From: an uncultured Nitrososphaerota archaeon
GTDB taxonomy: Archaea > Thermoproteota > Nitrososphaeria > Nitrososphaerales > Nitrosopumilaceae
Assembly: GCA_963701075.1 (NCBI GenBank)
Contig: OY969559.1
Coordinates: forward strand, 192,001-256,000
Reading direction: 5' to 3'
Length of the DNA: 64,000 nucleotides
How positions within the stretch are numbered: position 1 is the first letter of the stretch; each line of letters opens with the position of its first letter. Made by a program: the position numbers and the translations under genes. Under the pieces are notes generated by a model. That model was given only the letters and a program-made list of their open reading frames with translations, was not told the origin of the DNA and did not search any database. Positions 1-10,739 of the stretch are shown one piece after another.

Positions 1-1
1 A

Positions 2-448
2 AAAATTGCTTTGGGAATAGAGAAATATCTCTATCTTGGTAACCTAAATGCCAAAAGGGACTGGGGTTATGCACCGGAATACGTTGAATGTATGTGGAAA
101 ATGCTTCAACAAAAAAAAGCAGACGATTTTGTAATTGCTACGGGTAAATCACATACCGTACTAGATTTTGTGAAAAAATCTTTTTCTCTTGTTGATTTAG
201 ACTGGAAAAAACATGTAAAAACAGACAAAAACCTTCTTAGAATTCTAGAAGTTGATATTCTAGAAGGGGATTCAAGTAAAGCAAAAGAAAAATTGGATTG
301 GAAACCTAAGACAAATTTTGATGAACTCGTAAAGATCATGGTACATGCAGACTTGGAACGATGGAAAAATTGGAAAAATGGCAGGTTGTTTCCTTGGGAT
401 GCAATGTCTTCTATTGATGAATATAAGACATTGGTCAGAAAAATATGA
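2..448 (+). CDS. gmd: GDP-mannose 4,6-dehydratase, C-terminal part (runs off window)
   Basis: LGNLNAKRDWGYA, DFVIATG and LxGDxSKA motifs typical of Gmd. Confidence 0.93.
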   Translation, partial: KIALGIEKYLYLGNLNAKRDWGYAPEYVECMWKMLQQKKADDFVIATGKSHTVLDFVKKSFSLVDLDWKKHVKTDKNLLRILEVDILEGDSSKAKEKLDWKPKTNFDELVKIMVHADLERWKNWKNGRLFPWDAMSSIDEYKTLVRKI

Positions 449-605
449 TCACATCCAGTCTCTTTATGCTTTACCAAATAGCGAAATGATATCACATATT
501 CTAGTATCTAAAATATTATTGTAAACTATATGGTATTGATTTTTTTGTATTTTAAATTTTGAAAGATCAAAAGCATCAAATAATGACAAATGTGTCTGAT
601 TTCAA

Positions 606-1787
606 ATGAAAATTGCCCTTGTATGTCCTGCATCAATCCCTGCGACTCAATTTGGGGGTCCATTAACTCTTTTTGTTGATCTTGCAAGAGAACTTGTTAA
701 ATTGGGAAACGAGGTCACCGTATATACGACAGACTTGGATTCTGCCAACAACATTCATACATTTAACAAAAATCTTCCTCGTCTTGAAATGTATGAGGGC
801 TTTGAGATAAATCGAACTCATGTATGGTTTGCACTCTATACTTTTTTTATAAACTCTGGAATGTATTATCAACTTAAGAAAGATAGACCTGATGTAATTC
901 ATACAATCGGGGTAAGAAGTTTTCAATCACTAATTTCGGCACTTGTGGCAAAGAGATACAAAATACCGCTAGTTGTATCAGATCAAAGCGGCTTGGCTAC
1001 ACAACCCGAAGAAAAAAAAGGAAATCTAGTAAAAAGAATATTGTATAAAGTACAATCTCCGATGGTAAAATTTATCATAAATCAGGCTACAAAGGTGAGT
1101 ACACCAAATGAATATGAAAAGAAAGTGTTTGCACAATTTTGCAACAGTTCAAAGGTTGTCATAATTCCAAATGGAATTAGCTTGGAGGCTTTGTATTCAA
1201 GGGTTATACCCTTTAAGCAAAAATATGGCATAACAGAAAATTTTATTCTCTTTGTTGGTAGATTCACAAAGATCAAAGGAATAGATACTTTACTGCAAGC
1301 ATTCGCATTGATTAGAGATGAACCTGAGATTAGAAACATAAAACTGGTAATCATGGGGGTTGATTTTGGATTTGAGCACGACATGATGAAAATGATTGAG
1401 GATCTTGAGATAAAAAACCAGGTATTGGTAATTAAAAAGCCTCCAAGGGAGGATGTCATATCAGCTTATGGTGAATCAGAGTTCTTGGTACTCCCTTCTA
1501 GATGGGAGCTTTCTCCAATAACTCCTCTTGAGGGTCTAGCCTTTAAGAAGGCGGTAGTCAGTACTAATGCCCATGGCATACCATACACAATAAAAAATAA
1601 AGAGTGCTGCACATTGGTAGACGCAGAAAACTACCAACAACTGTCCCAAGCAATACTTGATCTATTAAGAGATGAAAAGAAAAGAATCCAATATGGCCTG
1701 TCTGGATACAAATTAGTAAATGAAATTGCCAATTCAAAGACCATGGCCGCAAAGACTTTGGAACTTTATCAAGGATTATTGAAATAG
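606..1787 (+). CDS. Glycosyltransferase family 4 (GT-B)
   Basis: LFVGRF..KG and PSRWE..P...LE motifs. Confidence 0.9.
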   Translation: MKIALVCPASIPATQFGGPLTLFVDLARELVKLGNEVTVYTTDLDSANNIHTFNKNLPRLEMYEGFEINRTHVWFALYTFFINSGMYYQLKKDRPDVIHTIGVRSFQSLISALVAKRYKIPLVVSDQSGLATQPEEKKGNLVKRILYKVQSPMVKFIINQATKVSTPNEYEKKVFAQFCNSSKVVIIPNGISLEALYSRVIPFKQKYGITENFILFVGRFTKIKGIDTLLQAFALIRDEPEIRNIKLVIMGVDFGFEHDMMKMIEDLEIKNQVLVIKKPPREDVISAYGESEFLVLPSRWELSPITPLEGLAFKKAVVSTNAHGIPYTIKNKECCTLVDAENYQQLSQAILDLLRDEKKRIQYGLSGYKLVNEIANSKTMAAKTLELYQGLLK

Positions 1788-1835
1788 AATGTTAATTAAA
1801 TCACATTTTCTACATATCACAATAGATGAAGACTA

Positions 1836-3005
1836 ATGGATAAAAATAATGTATTTGGTAAAAAGTCAATCAAAGTACCCTTCTTTTCTCATCACATAAC
1901 AAAAGGCGACAAAAAAGCCATGATGAAGGCGTTGGATTCAATGTTACTTACTGATGGTCCCATACTTCGTCAATTTGAATCTGAATTTGCAAAATTTACG
2001 GGAGCAAAGTATGCCATAGGCATCTCAAATGCTACTGCAGCACTTCACTTATCATTGAAATCTATTGGAGTTGGAAAAGGAGATGAGGTCATTGTTCCTG
2101 ACATGACTTTTGTTGCCACCGCAAACGCTGTAAGGCTTTGTGGTGCAACTCCAGTCTTTGCAGATGTGGAAAAAGATGACATGAATATTTCTATAAATTC
2201 CATAAAAGAAAACCTGAGTTCTAGGACAAAGGCAATTTTACCAGTGCATTTTGCTGGCAAAGTTTGTAAAATTGATAAAATAAAAAAAATTGCTCAATCA
2301 AACAACCTCAAGATAATAGAGGATTGTGCTCATGCTATTGGTGCAAAATACAATGGTAAACATGTAGGAAATTTTGGGAGTGCAGGATGTTTTAGCTTCT
2401 ATCCGACAAAAAACATAACAACCATTGAAGGCGGAATGGTAATAACAAATAGTAAAGAAATTGGGGATTATGTCAGATCTGCAAGAAACCACGGTATAAC
2501 CAAATCGTTATCTCAGAGATACTCACATGGAAAGCCTTGGGAATACGATATACTCGAGTCTGGTTATAATTATAGGCTGGACGAAATCCGTGCTGCATTG
2601 GGCATAAATCAATTAAAGAGAATCCAGCGGTTGAATTTGTCAAGAAAAAAGGCATTTGAATATTATAATAAAAACCTAGAGACAATTCCTGGCATAATTA
2701 CTCCTGTCATTTCGGCAAAATATGACAATGTATATCACTTGTATATAGTTAGAATACAAAAAAATTTCGGAATTCCAAGAGATGTTTTATTTGAAAAATT
2801 GCGTGAACAGGGGATTAGTACGTCTGTACATTACAAACCTCTACATCTGTTTACAACATTTCGCAAATTGAAACGACATAACAAAAGTTTGAAAAATACA
2901 CAGGATCTGTATAATGAAATTATTTCGTTACCACTGTATCCTAACATATCTAGAAAAGAACAAGATATGGTTATCAAATGTATTAAGAATGCAATAGGCA
3001 AGTAA
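1836..3005 (+). CDS. DegT/DnrJ/EryC1/StrS sugar aminotransferase
   Basis: IIEDCAHA, FSFYPTKNITTIEGG (PLP lysine), GYNYRL. Confidence 0.93.
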   Translation: MDKNNVFGKKSIKVPFFSHHITKGDKKAMMKALDSMLLTDGPILRQFESEFAKFTGAKYAIGISNATAALHLSLKSIGVGKGDEVIVPDMTFVATANAVRLCGATPVFADVEKDDMNISINSIKENLSSRTKAILPVHFAGKVCKIDKIKKIAQSNNLKIIEDCAHAIGAKYNGKHVGNFGSAGCFSFYPTKNITTIEGGMVITNSKEIGDYVRSARNHGITKSLSQRYSHGKPWEYDILESGYNYRLDEIRAALGINQLKRIQRLNLSRKKAFEYYNKNLETIPGIITPVISAKYDNVYHLYIVRIQKNFGIPRDVLFEKLREQGISTSVHYKPLHLFTTFRKLKRHNKSLKNTQDLYNEIISLPLYPNISRKEQDMVIKCIKNAIGK

Positions 3006-3012
3006 AGGATAT

Positions 3013-4152
3013 TTGCCCAAAATGAGAAGAATCAAAATCCTCTTCTTTGAACAAATTTATACAAAATATGTTGTTCATCTAAGTAAGACAATTTCCTCTG
3101 ATGAGTTTAATGTTAATTATATTGCATGTCTATCCACCCAATATTGGGAGCAATCCAATGTTGCAGGTAAAAATCATAGAGAAAGTAAAATCAAAGCACT
3201 TTCAATTCCAATAAAGACTGGATCACGTGGTACACATTTTGAAGTTATCAGTCTTCATTTTCTGTGGTATTTGATAAAAGACAAACCCGACTTGGTTGTA
3301 ATAGATCCCAATCCTGCTTTTTCAGTGTTTTATCTCTTGCTTACAAAAATTCTTGGAGCAAAAATTCTCGGATTTACAACCCATATTCCAGACAAATCTT
3401 CGTTATGGGGCAAAATTTCTGATTTCATTTTAAAGTTTAATGATTTTCTTATTGATTCCTATGTAGTACCTAGCTCGGTTAAGAAGCAACTTATGATCAA
3501 ATTAGGAATAGATTCTAATAAAATCAATGTAATAGGGCATGCAATAGATGTTGAAAAATTCCAGATTGCTGAAAATGCAATTAAGAATAAAATTTCAACC
3601 CAAAAAAAAATTATTTTATTTGTAGGACGTTTTGTCTGCTATAAGGGAATTAAATATCTGGTTGAAAGTTTTCAGCTAGTAAATGAGAAAATAAATGGCG
3701 TATGTCTAGTTCTTATTGGAGATGGGCCAGAAAAACCATCAATTAACCAATTAATAAAAAATTTGAAATTGTCTGATGATGTTTTACAAATTGATAATAT
3801 TGCAAACTCTGAAATACCTGAATATTATGCAGAGGCTGATATTCTGGTTGTTCCTTCTATAGAACCAGAACCTTTTGGTTTGGTCTACATTGAGGGAATG
3901 TCTGCAGGAAAACCAATTATTACGTTTAATGTAGGCGGCGGAGAGCAAGATTTGATCTACAATCAAAAGAATGGGTTACTTGTGAATTCAAAAGATGTCA
4001 ATGGGCTTGCTAATGCTATCATAGATCTTTTAGAGGATGATAAAAAACGAAAACAAATGGGAATGAATGCAAGAAAATTTGTTGAAGAAAATTATGATAT
4101 TCACATTATTGCAGAAAAATGGAGAAAAATAATCAGGGACCTAGTCCAATAG
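3013..4152 (+). CDS. Glycosyltransferase family 4
   Basis: LFVGRF..KG; PS..EPFGLVYIEGM. Confidence 0.9.
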   Translation: MPKMRRIKILFFEQIYTKYVVHLSKTISSDEFNVNYIACLSTQYWEQSNVAGKNHRESKIKALSIPIKTGSRGTHFEVISLHFLWYLIKDKPDLVVIDPNPAFSVFYLLLTKILGAKILGFTTHIPDKSSLWGKISDFILKFNDFLIDSYVVPSSVKKQLMIKLGIDSNKINVIGHAIDVEKFQIAENAIKNKISTQKKIILFVGRFVCYKGIKYLVESFQLVNEKINGVCLVLIGDGPEKPSINQLIKNLKLSDDVLQIDNIANSEIPEYYAEADILVVPSIEPEPFGLVYIEGMSAGKPIITFNVGGGEQDLIYNQKNGLLVNSKDVNGLANAIIDLLEDDKKRKQMGMNARKFVEENYDIHIIAEKWRKIIRDLVQ

Positions 4153-4162
4153 CATGGAAATT
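4112..4162 (+). repeat. 51-bp perfect direct repeat, copy 1 (copy 2 at 5579-5629)
   Basis: cagaaaaatggagaaaaataatcagggacctagtccaatagcatggaaatt occurs identically twice. Confidence 0.95.
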
Positions 4163-4274
4163 TACCATACATGGATTTTTCAAGAAAATACAATCTAGTG
4201 AGGTTTTTGTATATCTTGATGATATTCAATATGAAAGAAATGATTGGGATAATGTACTTCTTACGCAGTATTAA
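4162..4274 (+). pseudogene. WbqC-family N-terminal remnant
   Basis: Manual translation LPY/(frameshift)GFFKKIQSSEVFVYLDDIQYERNDW resembles the N-terminus of the intact WbqC at 21381 (FPWLGYF..IKNSDVFVFLDNVKFE). Confidence 0.65.
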
Positions 4275-4315
4275 ACTGAATTATCAAATTTTGATTATTT
4301 TGTGAATCGGCAACA

Positions 4316-4463
4316 ATATCATCAAAATCTTTTGGTTTGAATTCCATTGGAGGATAAATTCCCCACGAACCAAAATATTCGTCATTTACCATCCAAGGAT
4401 CACATAGAATTTTTACCCTATTGTCTTCTACGATCACACATGCAGAATTTAAGTTAATTTCAT
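4316..4463 (-). pseudogene. MBL-fold metallohydrolase N-terminal remnant
   Basis: Manual translation MKLT/(shift)NSACVIVEDNRVKILCDPWM....GSWGIYPP; truncated before any HxHxDH motif. Confidence 0.55.
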
Positions 4464-4979
4464 TTACCGTTCACTTTTAATCCCTTAAAAATTCTTGAAA
4501 TACTTAAGGGTATGCCCTGAAAATCATTACTGAAATAATGATCTTAAACAATTTCCAACAAATTCGACTACATCGTTATTCTAGTCATAATGGAAGGTAT
4601 GATTTGTTCGAGTCCTTATAAAACAACTGTAAAACAGGGTTTGCACGGCAGTGCAGACTAACTAATTTATCATTAGGATATCCTAATCTTGTTTCATGAG
4701 AGACATTGAATTTCCAAAATTGCCCAAATTCGTATGGGGAACTATATGTGAAAAAAACTCGGGTCATACCAAGAATGAATGGGGAATATCCAATGGGGAT
4801 GAGAAGGAATCTAATATCAAATTCATTGTTGCATATGCGATCAAGGGAAAGTTGGCAACTGTAGATACTCGAGGGTTTTTATCTTCTCATTTACCAACAA
4901 AAATTTCCACTGACTAGATAATAACAAACAGTATGATTTGTTGAAAAGTCTTTAAGATCATAATCTAAATAATGATTTC

Positions 4980-5420
4980 GTGAAAAAACAATTCAAAATA
5001 ACTCCATTGAAAGTATACAAGGAATTTGGAAGATATTTTCCATTCTCAACTGTAGATGTCATAATTAGAAATAGTGACGGTTCGTTCATTCTCACCAAGA
5101 GAATCATTCCTCCTTATGTTAACAAATGGCATCTACCTGGAGGGTTAATCCGAAAGGGTGAAAAATTAAGCGATGCTGCAAAAAGGGCAGTAAAAAAGGA
5201 ACTAAATTTAGAAATAAAGATAGAAAAATTTCTAGGCACATATGAAAATCCTATTTCTACAAGACATGACATCTCTCATGTTTTTATTGCCTCTGTAGTA
5301 AAGGGGGAAATAAGAAACGATTTTCAAAGTAAAGGAATAAAATTCTTTAAAAAACCGCCTAAGAATACAATTCTATATCATATCAGAATATTACAAGATG
5401 CTAAACCGTTCTTGAAATGA
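4980..5420 (+). CDS. NUDIX hydrolase (GDP-mannose mannosyl hydrolase-like)
   Basis: WHLPGGLIRKGE....AAKRAVKKEL, a degenerate Nudix box. Confidence 0.8.
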   Translation: MKKQFKITPLKVYKEFGRYFPFSTVDVIIRNSDGSFILTKRIIPPYVNKWHLPGGLIRKGEKLSDAAKRAVKKELNLEIKIEKFLGTYENPISTRHDISHVFIASVVKGEIRNDFQSKGIKFFKKPPKNTILYHIRILQDAKPFLK

Positions 5421-5578
5421 CAATAAAAGGCAGAACAAATCATTATTCTAGTCATAACCAACTTTTTAGACACGGAAAAGGGAGGGTATCTTTTTTATCA
5501 GACAGAATAAAAATAGAATACCGTCATCATCCGTTCCAAATGCGAATCACTGCAAATGTGGAAGGCGAGGGAATTGTA

Positions 5579-5629
5579 CAGAAAAATGGAGAAAAATAAT
5601 CAGGGACCTAGTCCAATAGCATGGAAATT
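5579..5629 (+). repeat. 51-bp perfect direct repeat, copy 2
   Basis: Identical to 4112-4162; contains the ugd stop codon on the minus strand. Confidence 0.95.
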
Positions 5630-6925
5630 AAGGTCTTTTTTGAATTCATCTGGTTCAAAAATTCTTCTTGCATCAATAACATTAGGCTTTCTCATAGATT
5701 TTAGGAAATCTACTGGCTTTAGGTTCTTGTATTCATCCCATTCAGTTAAAATGATGGATAGATCAGAATTGTGAAGACAGTCTCTAATTGAATTAGCATA
5801 TGATATTTTTTGACCAAAAATATCTCTCACTTTAATTATTGCCATAGGGTCGTGAACTACAATTTTTGCTCCAAGTCTCAGTAGGTGTTCTATAACTTTC
5901 AATGATACAGCATTTCTAATATCATCCGTATCTTTCTTAAAGGCAAGACCTAAAATTGAAATTTTTTTATTTTTAATTGTTTGAAGTATGTCTTTTGCAA
6001 ATTCGATTATTTCTTTGGATTGATTTTCATTAACCTCATTAACAGCAGATAGTACTGAGAGCGGTACGCCTATTTTTTCTCCATAACTCAAAAATGCAGA
6101 TACATCCTTGGGTAAACAAGACCCGCCAAATCCAGGTCCAGCATTCAGAAATTCTTTTCCTATCCTTTTGTCTTCTCCGATTGCCTCTGCAACTAAATTG
6201 ATATCTGCACCAGGGATTTTTTGGCAAAGATTTGCTATGCTGTTAATAAAACTGATTTTAGTTGCAAGAAATGCATTGTTTGAATATTTTATTACTTCTG
6301 CAGTAGATTCATTACAATAGATAATTTTTGGAATCTTCTTTTTGTATAGGTCTTTATAAAAACTGGTGAGTATTTTCCTTGCCTTTTCAAATTTGCTTCC
6401 AATTACAATCAAATGCGGATTCTCTGTATCATAAATAGATCTTCCCTCTCTAAGAAATTCAGGATTTGTAGCTATGAATATACTCTTACCCATTTTTGAC
6501 ATCGAGTTGGATTCCACAATGCTAGATAAAGAATTAGTTGTTCCTGGGACTACTGTACTTTTAATGACTATTATTTTTTCTTCGTTGCTCTTTATCAACG
6601 CACTTCCAATCTGTTTACAAGCTTCATTTATGTAAGTGAGGTTGATCTCTCCATTACTATTTTGAGGAGTTCCCACAGTTACAAAAATTATAGTAGAATT
6701 TAATACAGCTTTTGCAAGATCAGTTGTAAAAATTAAATTTTTTCTGGCATCTTTAAGATCTCTCTTCAAATTTGGTTCATAAAATGGAGGGATTCCTCTT
6801 TTTAGATTATCTATTTTTTTGATATCATTATCTACTCCATAAACAACAATACCTCTTTTAGCACAAACTACTGAAAGAGACAATCCAACATAACCACAGC
6901 CAATTACTGAAATTTTATAATTCAT
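5600..6925 (-). CDS. ugd: UDP-glucose 6-dehydrogenase
   Basis: VIGCGYVG, NPEFLREG, GFGGSCLPKD, LGLAFK; likely start MNYKISV. Confidence 0.93.
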   Translation of the reverse strand: MNYKISVIGCGYVGLSLSVVCAKRGIVVYGVDNDIKKIDNLKRGIPPFYEPNLKRDLKDARKNLIFTTDLAKAVLNSTIIFVTVGTPQNSNGEINLTYINEACKQIGSALIKSNEEKIIVIKSTVVPGTTNSLSSIVESNSMSKMGKSIFIATNPEFLREGRSIYDTENPHLIVIGSKFEKARKILTSFYKDLYKKKIPKIIYCNESTAEVIKYSNNAFLATKISFINSIANLCQKIPGADINLVAEAIGEDKRIGKEFLNAGPGFGGSCLPKDVSAFLSYGEKIGVPLSVLSAVNEVNENQSKEIIEFAKDILQTIKNKKISILGLAFKKDTDDIRNAVSLKVIEHLLRLGAKIVVHDPMAIIKVRDIFGQKISYANSIRDCLHNSDLSIILTEWDEYKNLKPVDFLKSMRKPNVIDARRIFEPDEFKKDLNFHAIGLGP

Positions 6926-6969
6926 GTTCGTATTTTGATTGTGTTGTATAATAACCAATCAGTAAAAAA

Positions 6970-7824
6970 CTATTTTTTATTTTTGGCAATATTGTGTGAT
7001 TTTATGTTTTTATTCTTTAATTCATTGTTATGGATCTTCACCAGTGAATCAAAGTATCGTTCTGGTGTTCCTAAATCATATCTTCTACCCGCAAACTCTG
7101 TTGCATAGATTTTACTTCTTTCAAGTTTGTGTTTTAATGCATTTGTAAGCTGAACCTCTCCTCCGAAATCTTTTGACGTGTTTCTTATACTGTCAAAAAT
7201 ATCTGATGTTAAGATGTATCTACCCGAAACGATGTATTTCCATTTTGATGATTTCTTTTTTGGTTTTTCCATTAGATCTACAACTTCATATGAATTACCA
7301 TATTTTTTTACAGAAGCAATTCCATATGAGAGATAATCTTCTGATTTTTCTATGGCTATGACAGATTCATTTACTCTATCAAAAGTATTTAGTAACTGTT
7401 TTGTACATGGCACCGAAGAAAAAAATACATCGTCTCCTAAAAGTACTGCAAACGGTTCATTTCCTATGTGTTTTTCAGTTTTGAGAATTGCGTCACCTAA
7501 TCCTAGTGGATTATACTGGCGCACATAGTGAATTGTAACTTTATTTAAAAGAGAGTTAATTTCCTCTAGCAAGTTTTCTTTTTTAGATTTTTTAAGATGA
7601 GTTTCAAGCTCTGGTGAAAAATCAAAATAATCTTCTATAGCTCTTTTGCCTCTTCCAGTTACAATGATGATGTCTTCTATGCCTGATTGAATAGCCTCTA
7701 TTACCACATAATGTATGATTGGCTTGTTAATTATGGGCAACATTTCTTTTGGCTGGGATTTGGTAAGTGGTAGAAATCTAGTTCCAAGACCGGCTGCTGG
7801 TATTACTGCCTTTTTTACATGCAT
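6970..7824 (-). CDS. galU: UTP-glucose-1-phosphate uridylyltransferase
   Basis: KAVIPAAGLGTRFLP..K..PKEMLP; LGLGDAI; GEVQLT. Confidence 0.93.
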   Translation of the reverse strand: MHVKKAVIPAAGLGTRFLPLTKSQPKEMLPIINKPIIHYVVIEAIQSGIEDIIIVTGRGKRAIEDYFDFSPELETHLKKSKKENLLEEINSLLNKVTIHYVRQYNPLGLGDAILKTEKHIGNEPFAVLLGDDVFFSSVPCTKQLLNTFDRVNESVIAIEKSEDYLSYGIASVKKYGNSYEVVDLMEKPKKKSSKWKYIVSGRYILTSDIFDSIRNTSKDFGGEVQLTNALKHKLERSKIYATEFAGRRYDLGTPERYFDSLVKIHNNELKNKNIKSHNIAKNKK

Positions 7825-7889
7825 GTTAATTTTGTCTTAAATTTTATATCTTAAAAAGAATTTGAATGCGATATTGAACGTTATTTGTT

Positions 7890-8657
7890 CTATTTTTTCA
7901 TTATGAATCCGAATTGACCTATTTTAAGTGAAATTACTTTGTCCTTGTGATTATTTACAAAGTCATCAAAAGCAGTGTTTCTATTTACATCATCTGCAAG
8001 TATTATTCCTCCATTGGTAATATGTGGCCATGCTGTATTGAATTCAAACATCATGTTGTCAAAGGAATGTTCACTGTCATGAAAAAATACCTCGCATTTC
8101 TTTGTCTTGTTAAAGACTTCTGGCAATATCTCTCTTGATTTGCCAAGACTAAGAATCCATCTTTTTCGAAGCTTTAATGGGACTAGCCAGCCAACTTCAT
8201 CATTTTTCACTTCCACCTTGTCTACTTTTCTGTATGCAGTATTTTTCCAATATGGGACTGGTAGATCGACTGAATAAAGAGTACCAGTGTTATTCAAATC
8301 AAGTGCTTGAAGTATAAGAGTTGATGAAACACCATTTGCTACTCCTGTTTCTACTACATACTCCGGTTTTAGATGTCTAATGATAGAGTAAACTATTGTT
8401 TGAAAGGTAGGATTGAATGCTCCAGTATTGGTAAGATTTTCCAAAGATCTTGAGATGTAATCAATCAAGTCATGATTGTCCTTAATTTCTCTGTGAAATT
8501 TTAATAAAGATCCTTTTTCAAAACTGCACCCCTGCTCAATCTTTTCAATTATTGTTAGTGTAATTTGCTCCCGTTGGGATTTTGTAAGGTTCTTTCTTAA
8601 TAAAACTCTTAATGCAATATCAGGATGGGAAATGGCAAAAGATACAAATTTTTTCAA
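7890..8657 (-). CDS. Class I SAM-dependent methyltransferase (Methyltransf_24-like)
   Basis: VVETGVANGVS; FFHDSEH; GGIILADD. Confidence 0.85.
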   Translation of the reverse strand: MKKFVSFAISHPDIALRVLLRKNLTKSQREQITLTIIEKIEQGCSFEKGSLLKFHREIKDNHDLIDYISRSLENLTNTGAFNPTFQTIVYSIIRHLKPEYVVETGVANGVSSTLILQALDLNNTGTLYSVDLPVPYWKNTAYRKVDKVEVKNDEVGWLVPLKLRKRWILSLGKSREILPEVFNKTKKCEVFFHDSEHSFDNMMFEFNTAWPHITNGGIILADDVNRNTAFDDFVNNHKDKVISLKIGQFGFIMKK

Positions 8658-8718
8658 CTTCTTTAGGTATTTAACCCTGCTATTTTAATCATCATAAATT
8701 TCTGTATGAACAAGTAAA

Positions 8719-9510
8719 TTAATTTCTCAGAATTTTTTCAAATGCTTTACCTGTTCTGGCACATCTAAAGTATACCTGTTTGTAAACTATTTCATCATTA
8801 CTCCAGACATATACTTTATCAAAATATTTTAAAAGGAATTTTTCCATGTCATAATTTGAATAAAATTTTTGAAGTTTCTCTTTTTCAGTATTTTCCAATG
8901 GCTGCATTGTAACAGAACCTACAAAAAGAGAATCATCATCCATGCAAGAAGCAATCTTGCTCATTAAAATTTCAGCTTCACTCTCTTTTAGATACATTAT
9001 TGATGAATCCATTATTATTACATTGTATCGATCTCTTGGAAATGAATCCTTTGTTACATCTAATTTGTAATAGAAAATATTTTTAGATGAATATTTTTTT
9101 TTTGCAATTCTAAGTGCATCTTCATTTGCATCTATTGCATCTATACTGGAGGCAATATCTGAAAAAAGGAAATAATCAAAAAAACCATTACCGCAACCAA
9201 TATCCATAACTATGTCCCCTTTTCGTATTGCTTGTCTTGAGTAAAAACCGCGGTTAAGCCAACCGGGGAATTTGTTTTTATAAAATAATAAATGAGCTGG
9301 CCTCAAATCTGAAAAATGAGGCTCTTTATTAGATAACCAGAAATCTCTGATCAATTTTACATGTAATGTAAATCGTAGAAAATCTTCTGATAAATTTATG
9401 ACGCTGCAACTTGATATTGGTAAAAAGAGAACCCTTAGAAAAATTTTGAGCATTTTGATAATTCTCTTATTCTTATTCTTTCTAAGATAATTAATGATTG
9501 ATTCTTTCAT
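8719..9510 (-). CDS. Class I SAM-dependent methyltransferase
   Basis: VMDIGCGNG motif I. Confidence 0.8.
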   Translation of the reverse strand: MKESIINYLRKNKNKRIIKMLKIFLRVLFLPISSCSVINLSEDFLRFTLHVKLIRDFWLSNKEPHFSDLRPAHLLFYKNKFPGWLNRGFYSRQAIRKGDIVMDIGCGNGFFDYFLFSDIASSIDAIDANEDALRIAKKKYSSKNIFYYKLDVTKDSFPRDRYNVIIMDSSIMYLKESEAEILMSKIASCMDDDSLFVGSVTMQPLENTEKEKLQKFYSNYDMEKFLLKYFDKVYVWSNDEIVYKQVYFRCARTGKAFEKILRN

Positions 9511-9680
9511 TTAATTAATAACCTGTTTTCATTTATTTTAACAATTCATGAACATAAACATGTTCTTTAGCATGTTATTTATAGGCATAATATTTGTTTG
9601 ATTTTTTAATATCTTAAATATGTAAGTATTACTAATTGATTTCCTGAATCTTTTAATATGCTAAACCCGAAAAAATTTCT

Positions 9681-10613
9681 GTGGACTGGACAGATAAAAA
9701 AATTGTTGTAACTGGCGGTAGTGGTTTTTTAGGATCCCGCGTTGTAGATGCCTTACAGAAAAGAGGAGCAAGAAATATTTTTATTCCTAGATCTAAAGAT
9801 TGCGATTTACGTTTACAAGATAACTGTGCTATTATTACAAAAAATGCAGACATTGTTTTTCATTTAGCCGCTAAAGTAGGAGGAATTGGATTAAATCAGC
9901 AAAAACCAGGGGAATTGTTCTATGACAATCTGGTAATGGGAGTAAATTTAATGGAGGAAGCAAGAAAAAATAGAGTCACAAAATTTGTTGCACTTGGAAC
10001 TATTTGCAGTTATCCAAAATTCACACCTGTACCATTTTTGGAAGAATCTATTTGGAATGGTTATCCTGAAGAAACAAACGCACCTTACGGTTTGGCAAAA
10101 AAAATGTTACTGGTTCAATCTCAGGCATATAGACAACAATATGATTTTAGATCAATTGTGGTTTTTCCAACAAATCTATATGGCCCAAATGATAACTTTG
10201 AGGAAAATAAATCTCATGTCATTCCAGCACTAATTAAAAAGATTTATCTAGCGAAAAAGGAAAATGCGAGTTCTATTAATTTATGGGGAGATGGCAGCCC
10301 AACACGAGATTTTCTCTATGTTGATGATGCAGCAGAAGGAATAGTATTGGCTGCTGAAAAGTACGATAAAACTGATCCAGTCAACCTTGGCACGGGGGAA
10401 GAAATTTCAATAAAGTATTTAGCAGAGATGTTATTGAAGTTAATGAATGCCAACCTTTCAATAACATGGCAAACAGACAAGCCAAACGGTCAACCCAGAA
10501 GATGTGTTGATTCAAAACGAGCATTACAAGAATTTGGTTTTAAGCCAAAAATTAGTTTTGAGGAAGGATTGAAAAGAACCATAGCATGGTTTGAAAAAAC
10601 TCAAAGTGGTTAA
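9681..10613 (+). CDS. fcl: GDP-L-fucose synthase
   Basis: VTGGSGFLG, HLAAKVGGI, YGLAK, PTNLYGP.DNF, SHVIPALI. Confidence 0.93.
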   Translation: MDWTDKKIVVTGGSGFLGSRVVDALQKRGARNIFIPRSKDCDLRLQDNCAIITKNADIVFHLAAKVGGIGLNQQKPGELFYDNLVMGVNLMEEARKNRVTKFVALGTICSYPKFTPVPFLEESIWNGYPEETNAPYGLAKKMLLVQSQAYRQQYDFRSIVVFPTNLYGPNDNFEENKSHVIPALIKKIYLAKKENASSINLWGDGSPTRDFLYVDDAAEGIVLAAEKYDKTDPVNLGTGEEISIKYLAEMLLKLMNANLSITWQTDKPNGQPRRCVDSKRALQEFGFKPKISFEEGLKRTIAWFEKTQSG

Positions 10614-10739
10614 AATTACACACTATCAAATCTCGGCAATTAGGAAATTAACCTACAATATCAAGATTAGTCATTAGATTGTTAGGATCGTTTGTGATTT
10701 TAAAAATTTTCCATTGTTAAAACACGATGACTGGATTTA

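Noticed and set aside
4576-5457. Short shared words ttattctagtcataa and gtatgatttgtt around the NUDIX gene as attC-like sites
   Set aside because: Too short and AT-rich, with no consistent hairpin; cannot be separated from chance
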